Assembly: GCA_963839235.1 (NCBI GenBank)
Contig: CAWITX010000002.1
Span: 118,255 to 182,254 of the forward strand
Reading direction: 5' to 3'
Length of the DNA stretch: 64,000 bases
Source: an uncultured Flavobacteriaceae bacterium
GTDB lineage: Bacteria; Bacteroidota; Bacteroidia; Flavobacteriales; Flavobacteriaceae
The translations under genes were made by a program, and so were the position numbers. Positions 1-10,424 of this stretch are shown piece by piece (position 1 is the stretch's first letter; each line of letters begins with the position of its first letter). The notes under the pieces were generated by a model. It did not search any database, was not told where the DNA came from, and saw only the letters and a list, made by a program, of their open reading frames with translations.

Positions 1-42
1 CAAATTCTGAGGAGGACGAGCTTTAAAATTAAGATTCTTCAC

Positions 43-1415
43 TCACTTCAAAGATGCTATCAAACTATCTATTTTAACCAATTTTTGTTCGCCAGTTTTC
101 ATATTTTTTAAAGTAAATGACTTGTTTCGCCATTTCCTCTGCCCCGCACAAAATCACATATGGAATATTTCGCTTATCCGCATAGCTCATTTGTTTTCCC
201 ATCTTTGCCTCATCTGGATAGAGTTCAGAAGTTATATTTTCCTGTCGCAAGTCTATTTATGGCCTTCAATGCATATAAGGCTTCTTTATTTCCAAAATTT
301 ATAAAAAGAGCTTTACTGTTTGCAGAGGCTGTTTCAGGGAAGAGTTGAGCTCTTCCAAAACCAGATAAATTCTATCCAGACCAAACGAAATACCAACCCC
401 GCTCATATCCTTCAACCCAAAAATTCCCGTTAAATCGTCGTACCTGCCGCCACCACCGATACTGCCCATATTTACATTCTTTGGAGCGGAAACTTCAAAA
501 ATGGCTCCGGTATAATAATTTAAGCCACGGGCAAGGGTAACATCAATTTCCAAAGAGGCAGTCTGTAAGCCGAGCGCTTGAATATTTTCAACAATAAATT
601 CCAAGCTCTTCCACTCCTTTCATTCCTATATGCGAGGCACGAAGCATTCCCTTCAAGGAATTCAATTTATCTTCATTACTTCCCTTAAAGGAAAACAATG
701 GCTGTAGTTTTTCCAAAGCTGCTTCAGAAATATTCTTTTCCCGCATTTCTCTTTTTACGCCCTCCTCCCCTATTTTATCAAGTTTATCCAAGGCCACCGT
801 AAAATCGATCAATTTATCTTCCGCTCCAATCACTTCCGCAATTCCAGAAAGGATTTTTCGATTGTTAATTTTTACGGTCGTTCACCTTTAAATTCAGTTT
901 AGCTGAAAACCGCATCATATAATTGTACAAATTCCACTTCCTGCCATAGTGAAGTGGAGCCAACAACATCGGCATCGCATTGAAAAAATTCGCGAAAACG
1001 TCCTTTCTGAGGTCTGTCCGCACGCCAAACCGGCTGAATTTGGTAACGTTTAAAGGGAAATGTAATTTCATTTTGATGCTGAACAACGTATCGTGCAAAA
1101 GGAACCGTAAGATCGTAGCGAAGTGCTTTTTCAGAAATGTGAGATATTATTTTGTTACTATCTTTTTCAGAATACACATTTATCATCCACTTTTGACAGA
1201 TAATCACCACTATTCAAAATCTTAAAAATTAAACGGTCGCCCTCTTCGCCATATTTTCCCATCAGGGTTTCACTGTTTTCAAAAGAAGGGGTTTCTATAG
1301 GTTGAAATCCGTAAAGCGAAAAAGTTTCCTTAATAATATCGAAAATATAATTTCGTCGTGAAACTTCTTCGGGCGTAAAATCGCGTGTACCTTTAGGAAT
1401 GGAGGGTTTTTTCAA
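43..1415 (-). pseudogene. hisS: histidine--tRNA ligase (HisS), reading frame interrupted about 7 times
   Basis: The N-terminus [13 protein letters not shown] and the motifs [27 protein letters not shown] and [11 protein letters not shown] are all present. They are spread over ORF fragments 1167..1415, 899..1210, the tail of 865..1098, 588..833 and 299..604, plus three further frames down to a TGA at 45..43. Hand-stitching gives a contiguous HisS-like protein of about 455 aa. Span 1373 nt minus 6 inserted plus 1 deleted base equals 1368, which is 3 x 456. Confidence 0.8.
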
Positions 1416-1657
1416 AATTATTAAAATTGAATGTTTATAATTTAAGATTCAAAATTGAAGGCATAATGATTGTTAATTCTGAATCTTGTACTTTGAATTT
1501 CTTTAGTGGCAAATATCTTAAATTATAATGAAGTTTGCCACAATAAGATTGCCTAAAGGAGATTCCTGCCTTCACATTAATTCTGTAACTTTATCCCGCT
1601 TTTACAGTCTAATGGGCAACTACAATTAAAAAAATATGTTTTCACTTTTCTGGGAAA

Positions 1658-2878
1658 ATGTCCGCATTGCGCTGGATTCCATTAAGAGCCAATTGCTTCA
1701 GCACCATTCTTACCATTGTAATTATTGGTATTGGTATTTGGGCGCTGGTAGGTATTTTAAGCGCGGTGAAAGCTTTGGAAACGACTATTTCGGGGAATTT
1801 TGCTTCAATGGGAGCAAATACGTTTAATATTCAGCAATATGAATTTACGGTGCAGACAAGAAATAGCGGCGAAAGGGAAAAAATAAATCCCATAATTAGC
1901 TATAATAATGTTCGGGAATTTCTGGATAAATATGAATTTCCTTCCACCAAAACGTCGCTTTCCTTCCAAGGTACGGGAACTGCGGAGGTAAAATACGGTT
2001 CGGAAAAAACCGATCCGGAAATACAAGTTTATGGCGTAAACGAAAATTATTTGGAAAATACCGGAACCGAAATTGACCGCGGTCGCAATTTCACCATTTT
2101 CGATATCCGCAACAACAATAAGGTTTGCCTAATAGGATCAGATTTTGTGAAAAATCTTTTTCAAAATGAAAACCCGATAAATAAAACCATCAGCATCCGT
2201 GGGGTGAAATTTAAAGTCGTTGGTCTGTTGGAATCAAAAGGCTCATCATTCGGAAACAATCAGGATTTAAAGGTATTGATACCCGTGCAAGTTGCACGTG
2301 GAATTTATACCCAGCCCAATATAAATTACAACATCAGCGTAAAAGTTGACGACAAGCAAATGATGGAAGCCGCGCAAGACGAGGCTATCATTACTTTTCG
2401 AAATATTCGTGGGCTAAATCCAGTGGAAAAAAATAATTTTGGAATAGAACGCAGCGACGATTTGATAAACCGAATCGCCTCAATTACAAAATATTTGGAA
2501 ATCGCGGCGTGGATTATCAGCATTATTACAATTTTGGGTTCATCCATTGCGCTGATGAATATTATGCTTGTTTCGGTAACGGAACGCACACGGGAAATTG
2601 GGGTTCGGAAAGCGCTTGGGGCAAAACGCTCAACAATTTCAACCCAATTTTTTATGGAAACAATTGTTATTGGGCAATTCGGAAGCGTTTTAGGAATTAT
2701 TTTGGGAATACTAACGGGTTTCGCTTTTGCAAAAATTTTCGAATTCGATTTTAGTCTTCCTTGGTCTGCAATGATATGGGCAACGATAATAACCTTTATA
2801 GTTGCGGTTATTGCGGGTTCCTATCCTGCATCAAAAGCCGCACGATTGGATCCAATTGAAAGTTTACGGTACGAGTAA
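1658..2878 (+). CDS. ABC transporter permease, MacB/FtsX family; the ancestral start is probably at 1636
   Basis: 406-aa ORF with an N-terminal TM helix, a large periplasmic domain and a C-terminal FtsX-type 3-TM bundle (RTREIGVRKALGA motif). The small ORF at 1636 encodes the canonical family N-terminus MFSLFWENVRIALDSIKSQLL in frame -1 relative to the main ORF. This implies a 1-nt insertion near 1699. Confidence 0.85.
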   Translation: MSALRWIPLRANCFSTILTIVIIGIGIWALVGILSAVKALETTISGNFASMGANTFNIQQYEFTVQTRNSGEREKINPIISYNNVREFLDKYEFPSTKTSLSFQGTGTAEVKYGSEKTDPEIQVYGVNENYLENTGTEIDRGRNFTIFDIRNNNKVCLIGSDFVKNLFQNENPINKTISIRGVKFKVVGLLESKGSSFGNNQDLKVLIPVQVARGIYTQPNINYNISVKVDDKQMMEAAQDEAIITFRNIRGLNPVEKNNFGIERSDDLINRIASITKYLEIAAWIISIITILGSSIALMNIMLVSVTERTREIGVRKALGAKRSTISTQFFMETIVIGQFGSVLGIILGILTGFAFAKIFEFDFSLPWSAMIWATIITFIVAVIAGSYPASKAARLDPIESLRYE

Positions 2879-2961
2879 AAGGAATACCGATAAGTATTGG
2901 AACTAACTTCCAAAATGAAGAGGGCTTTAAAAAAAAATAGTGGAAATTGGTGCTTTTGGAA

Positions 2962-3435
2962 TTATTTGCCCAAAAGATCACTGAAATAGGTATAAAGCTC
3001 TCCCTTTGTGATGGCTGCTCCTTGCTGAATCAAAACAAAAATATCTTTATTGCGATCATCCTTGATCGCTTTTGTTGAAGTATAAAGAGTCACGGAGTCA
3101 TCGTGCAGATTTTGCCGAAGCCATTTGTATCCGTAATCTGTTGTGATATCAATATTTTCGTCCTCGATTTTTATTGCAATCAAATCCATAAATGCTTCAG
3201 AAATATGAAAGAGCATCAATTGGTTGGGTGAAATGTGCTCCAAATAATTCACCTTCTCCAAAACCCCTTCCCAGATAAGATCGCTGAAAATATCCAATTC
3301 CTCTTCAGCAACTTCCGGTTTTTCGGTCTTTAACTTTTTCCATTCCTCAGCGGTAATGGATTGTGTTGCAAGGAAATTGATGAATTCCGGCTGCATTTCC
3401 TCAAGCTGTTCCTTTGTAAGACGTGCGTATTTCAT
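2962..3435 (-). CDS. conserved hypothetical cytoplasmic protein (acidic, 157 aa)
   Basis: Clean ORF with an ATG start and no signal peptide. It lies downstream of the rpsF-rpsR-rplI operon. No family recognised with certainty. Confidence 0.6.
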   Translation of the reverse strand: MKYARLTKEQLEEMQPEFINFLATQSITAEEWKKLKTEKPEVAEEELDIFSDLIWEGVLEKVNYLEHISPNQLMLFHISEAFMDLIAIKIEDENIDITTDYGYKWLRQNLHDDSVTLYTSTKAIKDDRNKDIFVLIQQGAAITKGELYTYFSDLLGK

Positions 3436-3443
3436 AATTTTCT

Positions 3444-3480
3444 AAAAAAATAAAACCTTCCCTAAATAATAGAGAAGGCC
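3444..3480 (-). terminator. probable rho-independent terminator after rplI
   Basis: Imperfect 8-bp stem (ccttccct / agagaagg, 7 of 8 pairs). It is followed on the minus strand by a T-rich run. Confidence 0.45.
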
Positions 3481-3502
3481 TTAATACAATTAATCGATTG
3501 GG

Positions 3503-3955
3503 TTATTTAGCTTCCGCAACAACTTCAAAAGTAAAGTTGCTTACCACATCTCTGTGAAAACGGATTGTTGCTTCATACGGGCCGGTGCGCTTAACGGCTC
3601 CCCCGGCAATGGTAATATATTTTTTCTCGATTGAAACACCTTCTTTTTCAAGGGCGTCAGCAAGATCGGCATTTGTTACCGAGCCAAATAATTTATCACC
3701 TTCTCCGGTTTTGGCGGAAATTTTAATTTCAAGTCCGTTCAGTTTTTCGGCTTCTGCATTAGCGGCGTCTATCACTTTCTTTTCTTTGAAAGCGCGCTGC
3801 TTTAAAGTTTCCGCCAAAACTTTTTTGGCCGAAGGAGTAGCGAGTACCGCCTGTCCTTGGGGAATCAAAAAGTTTCTTCCGTAACCGTTTTTTACTGTTA
3901 CAAGATCATCTGTAAAACCCAGATTTTCTACGTCTTTTTTTAATATAAGTTCCAT
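3503..3955 (-). CDS. rplI: 50S ribosomal protein L9
   Basis: MELILKKDVENLG...GYGRNFLIPQG is the typical L9 N-terminal domain. The gene sits in the operon order rpsF-rpsR-rplI. Confidence 0.95.
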   Translation of the reverse strand: MELILKKDVENLGFTDDLVTVKNGYGRNFLIPQGQAVLATPSAKKVLAETLKQRAFKEKKVIDAANAEAEKLNGLEIKISAKTGEGDKLFGSVTNADLADALEKEGVSIEKKYITIAGGAVKRTGPYEATIRFHRDVVSNFTFEVVAEAK

Positions 3956-3970
3956 AATACTTTCTGGTTT

Positions 3971-4267
3971 TTATTTTAATAAATCTGCTACGTATGGCAT
4001 AAGAGCCAGATGGCGCGCGCGTTTAACGGCTACTGCCACTTTTCGCTGATATTTCAAAGAGGTTCCGGTAAGTCTTCTTGGAAGAATTTTACCCTGCTCG
4101 TTCACAAACCTCAATAAAAAATCTGGGTCTTTGTAGTCCACATATTTAATACCGGACCGTTTGAACATACAGTATTTCTTGGTCTTATTGGTCTCAATGT
4201 TTAAGGGGGTTAGATATCTAATCTCTCCGTCCTTTTTTCCTTTTGCTTGTTGTTGTAATGTGGCCAT
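3971..4267 (-). CDS. rpsR: 30S ribosomal protein S18
   Basis: 98 aa containing [32 protein letters not shown], the S18 signature region. Confidence 0.95.
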   Translation of the reverse strand: MATLQQQAKGKKDGEIRYLTPLNIETNKTKKYCMFKRSGIKYVDYKDPDFLLRFVNEQGKILPRRLTGTSLKYQRKVAVAVKRARHLALMPYVADLLK

Positions 4268-4270
4268 AAC

Positions 4271-4609
4271 TTATGCTGATTTTTTATTACGGTTTCTTCT
4301 TTTTTCTGCCCAGGCAATAGCGTGCTTGTCGAGGCTGACACTAAGGTAACGCATAAAACGCTCGTCCCTTTTAAATTCGGTTTCCAGTTCGTGAACTGCA
4401 TCGCCTTCCACGGTGTACTCAAACAGGTGATAAAACCCACTTTTTTTGTTCTGGATTGGGTAGGCAAGTTTTTTTAGCCCCCAATCTTCTTTGGATATCA
4501 TCTTAGCACCTTTAGAAACAAGAAGATCTTCGTATTTCTTTACTGTTTCCTTTATCTGGTCTTCAGATAAAACGGGATTTAAGATGAAAACAGTTTCGTA
4601 ATGATTCAT
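4271..4609 (-). CDS. rpsF: 30S ribosomal protein S6
   Basis: MNHYETVFILNPVLSEDQ is the classical S6 N-terminus. The gene lies 3 nt upstream of rpsR. Confidence 0.95.
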   Translation of the reverse strand: MNHYETVFILNPVLSEDQIKETVKKYEDLLVSKGAKMISKEDWGLKKLAYPIQNKKSGFYHLFEYTVEGDAVHELETEFKRDERFMRYLSVSLDKHAIAWAEKRRNRNKKSA

Positions 4610-4820
4610 AAAAAATCTATTAAAATTAATATTTAAACTATTGGCCTTTTGCCAAGAGCGTGCAAAAATACTACTTTATTTGAAATATTCAAACCTAAAT
4701 GCAATTAGTATTTATTAACTAACAAATAGGATGAAATGCCCCTTTCTTTCGACAAATGAAAAATAAAGTTGCATTTCATCGAATATTTAGTTATTATTGC
4801 CATAAGCTAAACCTACCATT

Positions 4821-5534
4821 GTGGAAAAAACACTACTCAAATGCGCCATTGTGGACGACTCTACACTACAGCGGCTTTCTATTGTACGCCTCATCCAAAA
4901 CCACCCTTCCCTAGAACTTGTTGGAGAGTACAAAAACGCCATTGAAGCTAAGATGGGCTTGGCCTCAAATGAAATGGATCTTATTTTTTTGGATATAGAA
5001 ATGCCCATCTTGTCCGGTTTTGATCTTTTGGACGATCTTACCCGCAAGCCCCAAGTTATCTTCGTTACAGGAAAAACAAAGTATGCCTTTAAGGCTTTTG
5101 ATTATGACGCAGTTGATTACCTGCGCAAACCCATTTCAAAGGAACGTTTTTTAAACGCCGTTCACAAAGCAATTACCAACTACAAATTGAAAAATGAGGA
5201 AGGCTTTGAGGACGAGGATTTTATATTCGTAAAAAGTAACCTGAAAAAAAGAAAGGTGTTTTTAAATGAACTGCGTTTCATTGAAGCCCTAGGCGATTAT
5301 GTTAAATTGGTCACCGAACACGAATCCCTAGTTGTTCTTTCTACTATGAAGGCATTTCAGGCCTTGTTGCCCGAAGATCGCTTTCTTCGAATCCACAAAT
5401 CATACATTGTAAATCTCGACAAGGTGCAACGCTACAATAGCAAGACCATTGAGCTGGAAAAGGAAAAGCTTCCGCTGAGCCGAAACCGCAAATCTGATTT
5501 GGTTGAAGCGCTTGCCGCTACTCAAAACAGCTAA
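4821..5534 (+). CDS. LytTR-family two-component response regulator
   Basis: N-terminal receiver domain (DD...D...FLDIEMP...K) followed by a C-terminal LytTR DNA-binding domain (IHKSYIVNLDKV). GTG start as reported by the ORF track. Confidence 0.85.
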   Translation: MEKTLLKCAIVDDSTLQRLSIVRLIQNHPSLELVGEYKNAIEAKMGLASNEMDLIFLDIEMPILSGFDLLDDLTRKPQVIFVTGKTKYAFKAFDYDAVDYLRKPISKERFLNAVHKAITNYKLKNEEGFEDEDFIFVKSNLKKRKVFLNELRFIEALGDYVKLVTEHESLVVLSTMKAFQALLPEDRFLRIHKSYIVNLDKVQRYNSKTIELEKEKLPLSRNRKSDLVEALAATQNS

Positions 5535-5576
5535 TAATTATCTACATCAACATTAACACGAATGCTTGAAAATTCC

Positions 5577-7982
5577 TTAAATGGAATTGAAACTGCGCTC
5601 CACATTCGCAATGTAGTTCTTTGTCTTCTCCAAGGATTGTTTTTTAGGAATTTTCACTAAAAGATTAATAATAAACTTATTTTTTATGCGACCGACCGGA
5701 GGCGGTTCGGGTCCTAGAACATTTTCGTGAAACTGAATTTCCAACGCTTGGCCAAACCAAGTGGAGGCTTTCTGCACTTTTGACAAATTCTTATCCTTAA
5801 AAATAATTTTGATGGTTCTATAAAAAGGCGGATACTTGTAATTGTAACGCTCTTCGGCCTGTTCCTTGTACATCCCCTCATAATCGTTGACGCTCACCTG
5901 CTTTAAAATTTGGTGATAGGGATTATAAGTTTGTATTAAAACCTTCCCGCGTTTCTGGGTGCGCCCCGCTCTACCCGCTACTTGTTGCAACAGCTGAAAG
6001 CTTCTTTCATGCGCCCTGAAATCAGGGAAGTTTAAGAGATTGTCCGCATTCATAACACCCACCAAACTTATATTTCTGAAATCGAGCCCCTTTGCAAGCA
6101 TCTGCGTACCCACCAAAATATCGATTTCCTCATTTTCCAGCGCCTCAATCAATTTCCCGTAAGCATTTTTGCCTTTTGTAGTGTCTTGGTCCATGCGCGC
6201 CACCTTTGCATTTGGGAATAGCGATTTCAATTCGGTCTCTATCTGTTCCGTACCAAAACCTTTTGTATCCAGCGTTTCGCTTCCGCAGGCAATACAGCTT
6301 TGCATCATGGCCATATGATAGCCACAATAATGACAGCGCAACTGGTTTTTATGCTTATGGAAGGTCAGGCTAACATCGCAATTAGGGCACTGGGGCGAAA
6401 CACCACAGGTTGTGCACTCCACGACCGGGGAAAAACCCCTTCTATTTTGAAAAAGGATTACCTGTTCCCCTTCTTTTAAAACCTCCCGCATTTCTTCCAA
6501 CAAACGATCGCTGAAATGGCCCGTCATTTGTTTTTTTCTTGTTTTTTCCTTTATATCAACAAGTTCAATTTCGGGCATCAAAACATTCCCGAAGCGTTTG
6601 TTTAAGGTAACCAAGCCGTATTTTCCGTTTTTGGCGTTGTGATAACTTTCCAAGGAAGGAGTCGCGGAACCCATCAACAGCTTTGCTTTGTGAAAATCTG
6701 CCAAAACGATGGCGGCGTCGCGGGCGTGGTATCGCGGAGCAGGACTGTATTGTTTAAAAGACGGTTCGTGCTCTTCATCAACAATAATTAATCCTATATT
6801 TTTAAAGGGAAGAAATAACGAAGAACGGGCGCCGATAACAATTTGGGCCTTCGGTTTTTCAGCAAGTACATTTTGCCAAACCTCAACCCTTTCATTCACT
6901 GAAAATTTGGAATGATAGACCGAAATTTTTTCACCAAAATATTTCTGCAAACGGCTTATCAATTGTGTCGTAAGCGCAATCTCCGGCAGCATGTAAAGTA
7001 CTTGTTTGCCAGTAGAAATCACTTCTTCAATTAAACGAACGTATATTTCCGTTTTTCCGCTGGAAGTTACCCCGTGAAGCAAAACCACTTCTTTTTCTTC
7101 AAATGAAGTTTTTATATCGCGGAATGCTCTTGTTTGTGCATCGTTGAGATTTTTTATTTCAGAATTCCCTTCACCTAAAAATTCTATTCTGTCCTTTTGA
7201 ATGTAATATTCTTCAAGTATATTCTTGTCAACCAATGATTTTATAATCGTTGCGGAAGCACCGCTCTTTTTTTGAAGTGAAACCGCGCCGATCGGTTTTT
7301 TGGATTGTGAAGACATCATAAAAAGTGTCATCAAAACCTCCCGCTGTTTCGGCGCCCTTGTGAGCAAATCCAACAATTCCCGCAAGTTATCCTCTGAGGA
7401 ATACTCTGATGCCAGTTTAAGATACCGTTTCAATTTGGGCGTGTATTTTTCGTACACCTTTTCCTCTACTTCAATTATTTCCTTCTCCAATAATTTCTGG
7501 ATAACGGAAACAATATTTCTTCGGTCCAAAATGGAGCGCGCATCATTTATGTGAAGTGAGGATTGATGCTGAAGGGCTTCAAATAAAAGAAATTCATCAT
7601 CACTTAAATTTTCATCTTTTACGTTTTTGGATGCGGTAAGTTTTATGAGCGTTTCGCTTTCCAACAAAAAAGCGCTGGGCATTGCGGCTTTTATCACCTC
7701 GCCCAAGGAACACATATAATACGCTGCTATCCATTCCCAATGTTTTAATTGAAGCTGCGTTATCAGCGGTTCCTCGTCCAAAATCTGATGAATTGATTTT
7801 GCCTCATAGCCCAAAGGCGGCTGGTCGTGTACCTGGTAAACAATAGCGGTATAAATCTTAGATTTTCCGAAGGGAACAGAAACGCGAATCCCAGCCTGTA
7901 AAAAGGCGGCCTCATCCTTGTTCACACTATAGGTGAAGGCCTGTTTCAAAGGGATTGGAAGAATAACGTCTATGAAATACAC
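5577..7982 (-). CDS. priA: primosomal replication restart helicase PriA
   Basis: 801 aa with Walker A GVTSSGKTE, a DEEH box, a Cys-rich zinc-binding insertion (CTTCG...CPNCD...CHYCG...CIACG) and a GTQMLAKG motif. GTG start. Confidence 0.95.
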   Translation of the reverse strand: MYFIDVILPIPLKQAFTYSVNKDEAAFLQAGIRVSVPFGKSKIYTAIVYQVHDQPPLGYEAKSIHQILDEEPLITQLQLKHWEWIAAYYMCSLGEVIKAAMPSAFLLESETLIKLTASKNVKDENLSDDEFLLFEALQHQSSLHINDARSILDRRNIVSVIQKLLEKEIIEVEEKVYEKYTPKLKRYLKLASEYSSEDNLRELLDLLTRAPKQREVLMTLFMMSSQSKKPIGAVSLQKKSGASATIIKSLVDKNILEEYYIQKDRIEFLGEGNSEIKNLNDAQTRAFRDIKTSFEEKEVVLLHGVTSSGKTEIYVRLIEEVISTGKQVLYMLPEIALTTQLISRLQKYFGEKISVYHSKFSVNERVEVWQNVLAEKPKAQIVIGARSSLFLPFKNIGLIIVDEEHEPSFKQYSPAPRYHARDAAIVLADFHKAKLLMGSATPSLESYHNAKNGKYGLVTLNKRFGNVLMPEIELVDIKEKTRKKQMTGHFSDRLLEEMREVLKEGEQVILFQNRRGFSPVVECTTCGVSPQCPNCDVSLTFHKHKNQLRCHYCGYHMAMMQSCIACGSETLDTKGFGTEQIETELKSLFPNAKVARMDQDTTKGKNAYGKLIEALENEEIDILVGTQMLAKGLDFRNISLVGVMNADNLLNFPDFRAHERSFQLLQQVAGRAGRTQKRGKVLIQTYNPYHQILKQVSVNDYEGMYKEQAEERYNYKYPPFYRTIKIIFKDKNLSKVQKASTWFGQALEIQFHENVLGPEPPPVGRIKNKFIINLLVKIPKKQSLEKTKNYIANVERSFNSI

Positions 7983-8049
7983 TAATTAAGGAATGGATTC
8001 AGAGTTAAGGCTTATGATTTTTATAGCGATAGCTTCGCTTCGGTTCGCA

Positions 8050-8078
8050 ATAAAAAGGCCGCCAAAATGGGCGGCCTA
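8050..8078 (-). terminator. rho-independent terminator after the DUF2147 gene
   Basis: Perfect 8-bp GC-rich stem aggccgcc / ggcggcct, followed on the minus strand by TTTTTA. Confidence 0.7.
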
Positions 8079-8100
8079 AAGATACTATTTTTGATATTCT

Positions 8101-8529
8101 TTATTGAATGCGTTGCCAGTATTGTGTCCTTCCCAAAAGTGAAAAACCTATATAGCCGCGCACCTTCAATTTATTTTCACTTTCCAATTCTATATAGCAC
8201 TTATATACTTTTCCATTGTTGGGATCCATAATGGTGCCGTCGTTATATTCGTGCCCGTCTTTTTCTAAACCTCTTATGATTACCATGCCCATAATGGGTT
8301 TGTTTTTATCCTTTCCCGGGCAGTGAATACAGTCAAGATCACGTTTTGCGGGATCAAAAATTTCGACTACTTTTCCGTAAATCTTCCCGTTCTGTTTATA
8401 TATTTCGACCACGGATTTTGGCTTTCCGGTTTCATCATCTATTGTTTTCCATTTTCCTGTTACATCTTGGGCAGTGGCGGTAATAACCGTTAAAGCAATG
8501 AGTGAAATTGTTAAGAATATTTTTTTCAT
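8101..8529 (-). CDS. DUF2147 domain-containing secreted protein
   Basis: Signal peptide followed by the GKWKTIDDETGKPKSVVEIY...GKIYGKV pattern typical of DUF2147. Confidence 0.75.
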   Translation of the reverse strand: MKKIFLTISLIALTVITATAQDVTGKWKTIDDETGKPKSVVEIYKQNGKIYGKVVEIFDPAKRDLDCIHCPGKDKNKPIMGMVIIRGLEKDGHEYNDGTIMDPNNGKVYKCYIELESENKLKVRGYIGFSLLGRTQYWQRIQ

Positions 8530-8549
8530 ATTTTAAATTTGGGTTAATG

Positions 8550-9464
8550 TTAAAGTTTCTCTTTTAAGCGCTGCAGGGAAATGTTGAGTTCAAAACCCAA
8601 TAGCAGCAGATTTGAGTTTATCCAAATATATAACATCAAAATCAATAGGGCACCAATGGAGCCGTATAACTCATTATAATTTGAAAAATTATTAATATAA
8701 ATTCCAAATAGATAGGTTGTCACTAAAAACAAAATTGTGGTAATCACCGCCCCTACCGAAAAAAAGCGCGAGATTTTTCCTTCCTTGGTACCAAAATAAT
8801 ATAAGGTGGCGATAACCACATAAATCATAACGATAAAAACCAAAAATTGAAAGAACGATACCCAAAAAACATTGTTCTGTATATAAGCCTTACTTTCAAG
8901 ATCGTTAATGACATATTCCCCGTAAAGTATGACCCCCACAGAGGTTAACAACAACAATGCCAAGAAAATGGATACGGCAAGTGCCACAAGATATTGCCTA
9001 ATAAAGCTCCGGTTTTTGGTTACATGAAAAGAATATTCAAAGGCGCTGAAAATGGCATTAACTCCGTTAGCCGATAAAAAAATGGACAATAAAAAAACAA
9101 ATGATAATAATCCGGCTCGGGGGTTTACAGCGATATCGGCAATAATGGGATAGAAAAACTCCGTAGTCTGAGCAGGCAGAAGCGCTTCAATAAAAATCAG
9201 AAATCGGGTTTGGAAACCATCGATGGGTATGATTGGAATTAAATTCAACAAAAAAAGTAGAAATGGAAACAGCGCAAGAAAAAAACTGTACGCAATTGAG
9301 CTTGCCCTAAAAGTAAATGTGCCTTTAAATATTCCTGTAATATAAATGTCCAATAAATGATAAAGCGAGAAACCGCTAAGACCCGGCAATTTTATTTTCT
9401 TACTGAAATTTACCAGATTTCGAACGATGGGTATGTTTATTTCCGTTTTCTCCTCTTCGCTCAT
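8550..9464 (-). CDS. YihY/BrkB (ribonuclease BN-like) family inner-membrane protein
   Basis: 304 aa with about 6 TM helices. The SIAYSFFLALFPFLLF and YGSIGALLILMLYIW motifs are characteristic of the YihY family. Confidence 0.75.
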   Translation of the reverse strand: MSEEEKTEINIPIVRNLVNFSKKIKLPGLSGFSLYHLLDIYITGIFKGTFTFRASSIAYSFFLALFPFLLFLLNLIPIIPIDGFQTRFLIFIEALLPAQTTEFFYPIIADIAVNPRAGLLSFVFLLSIFLSANGVNAIFSAFEYSFHVTKNRSFIRQYLVALAVSIFLALLLLTSVGVILYGEYVINDLESKAYIQNNVFWVSFFQFLVFIVMIYVVIATLYYFGTKEGKISRFFSVGAVITTILFLVTTYLFGIYINNFSNYNELYGSIGALLILMLYIWINSNLLLLGFELNISLQRLKEKL

Positions 9465-10321
9465 GAAATGGCTTTTAGGCTTAAATCCATGTTGCTCACA
9501 GAATGCGTCAGCGCCCCGCTCGAAATATAATCAACCCCACATTCGGCGTATTTTCTGGCGGTTTCCAAAGTAATTCCGCCGCTGGATTCGGTAAGAACTT
9601 TTCCGTTGATTAGCTCCACGGCTTTTCGGGTATCCTCATAATTAAAATTATCGATCAAAATACGATAAATTCCCTCCGATTGCAGAATTTCCTCGATTTC
9701 GGAAAGATTGCGTGCTTCAATAATAATTTTAAGGTTTAGTTGATTTTCCTGTAAATATTTCTTGGTTTTATCTATTGCCTTTGTAATTCCACCGCAAAAA
9801 TCAATATGGTTATCCTTAAGCATAATCATATCATAAAGTGCGAAACGGTGGTTTTCGCCGCCTCCTATTTTTACCGCCCACTTTTCAAGAACGCGCAAGC
9901 CAGGAGTGGTTTTCCGGGTATCGAGAATTTTGGTTTTGGTTCCTTCCAAAATTTTTACATATTCATTCGTTTTGGTGGCAATGGCGCTCATTCGTTGCAT
10001 TGCATTAAGCACGAGGCGTTCAGCTTTTAGGATGGATTGGGAAAGTCCCTCGACAACAAAACTAACATCGCCATATTTTACGTGGCAGCCATCCTTTATC
10101 TTAATATCCATTTTTAAGCCAGGGTCAACATATTCAAAAACTTGACGCGCGAATTCCACCCCAGCAATAATCCCTTCATCCTTCACCAATAATTTTGCCG
10201 CACCTCTCGCATCTTCGGGGATACAGGCCAACGAAGAATGGTCCCCATCGCCAACATCCTCCCGGATGGCATTGGCTATAAGTATGTCTATTTCCTTATT
10301 GAATTGTTTTTCCGAAATCAT
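9461..10321 (-). CDS. nadC: nicotinate-nucleotide diphosphorylase (carboxylating)
   Basis: 286 aa. The motifs ILDTRKTTPGLR, GGGENHRFALYD and LKDNHI match the quinolinate phosphoribosyltransferase family. Confidence 0.9.
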   Translation of the reverse strand: MISEKQFNKEIDILIANAIREDVGDGDHSSLACIPEDARGAAKLLVKDEGIIAGVEFARQVFEYVDPGLKMDIKIKDGCHVKYGDVSFVVEGLSQSILKAERLVLNAMQRMSAIATKTNEYVKILEGTKTKILDTRKTTPGLRVLEKWAVKIGGGENHRFALYDMIMLKDNHIDFCGGITKAIDKTKKYLQENQLNLKIIIEARNLSEIEEILQSEGIYRILIDNFNYEDTRKAVELINGKVLTESSGGITLETARKYAECGVDYISSGALTHSVSNMDLSLKAIS

Positions 10322-10424
10322 TGCCGCATAATTTCAGCTAAAATACTTTAAAAAGTTTGAAGAAGGAAGCCATAACGCCAAACCGCTTGCATTTAACTTT
10401 GTATTTTTGGCTTCTGAAATACTT

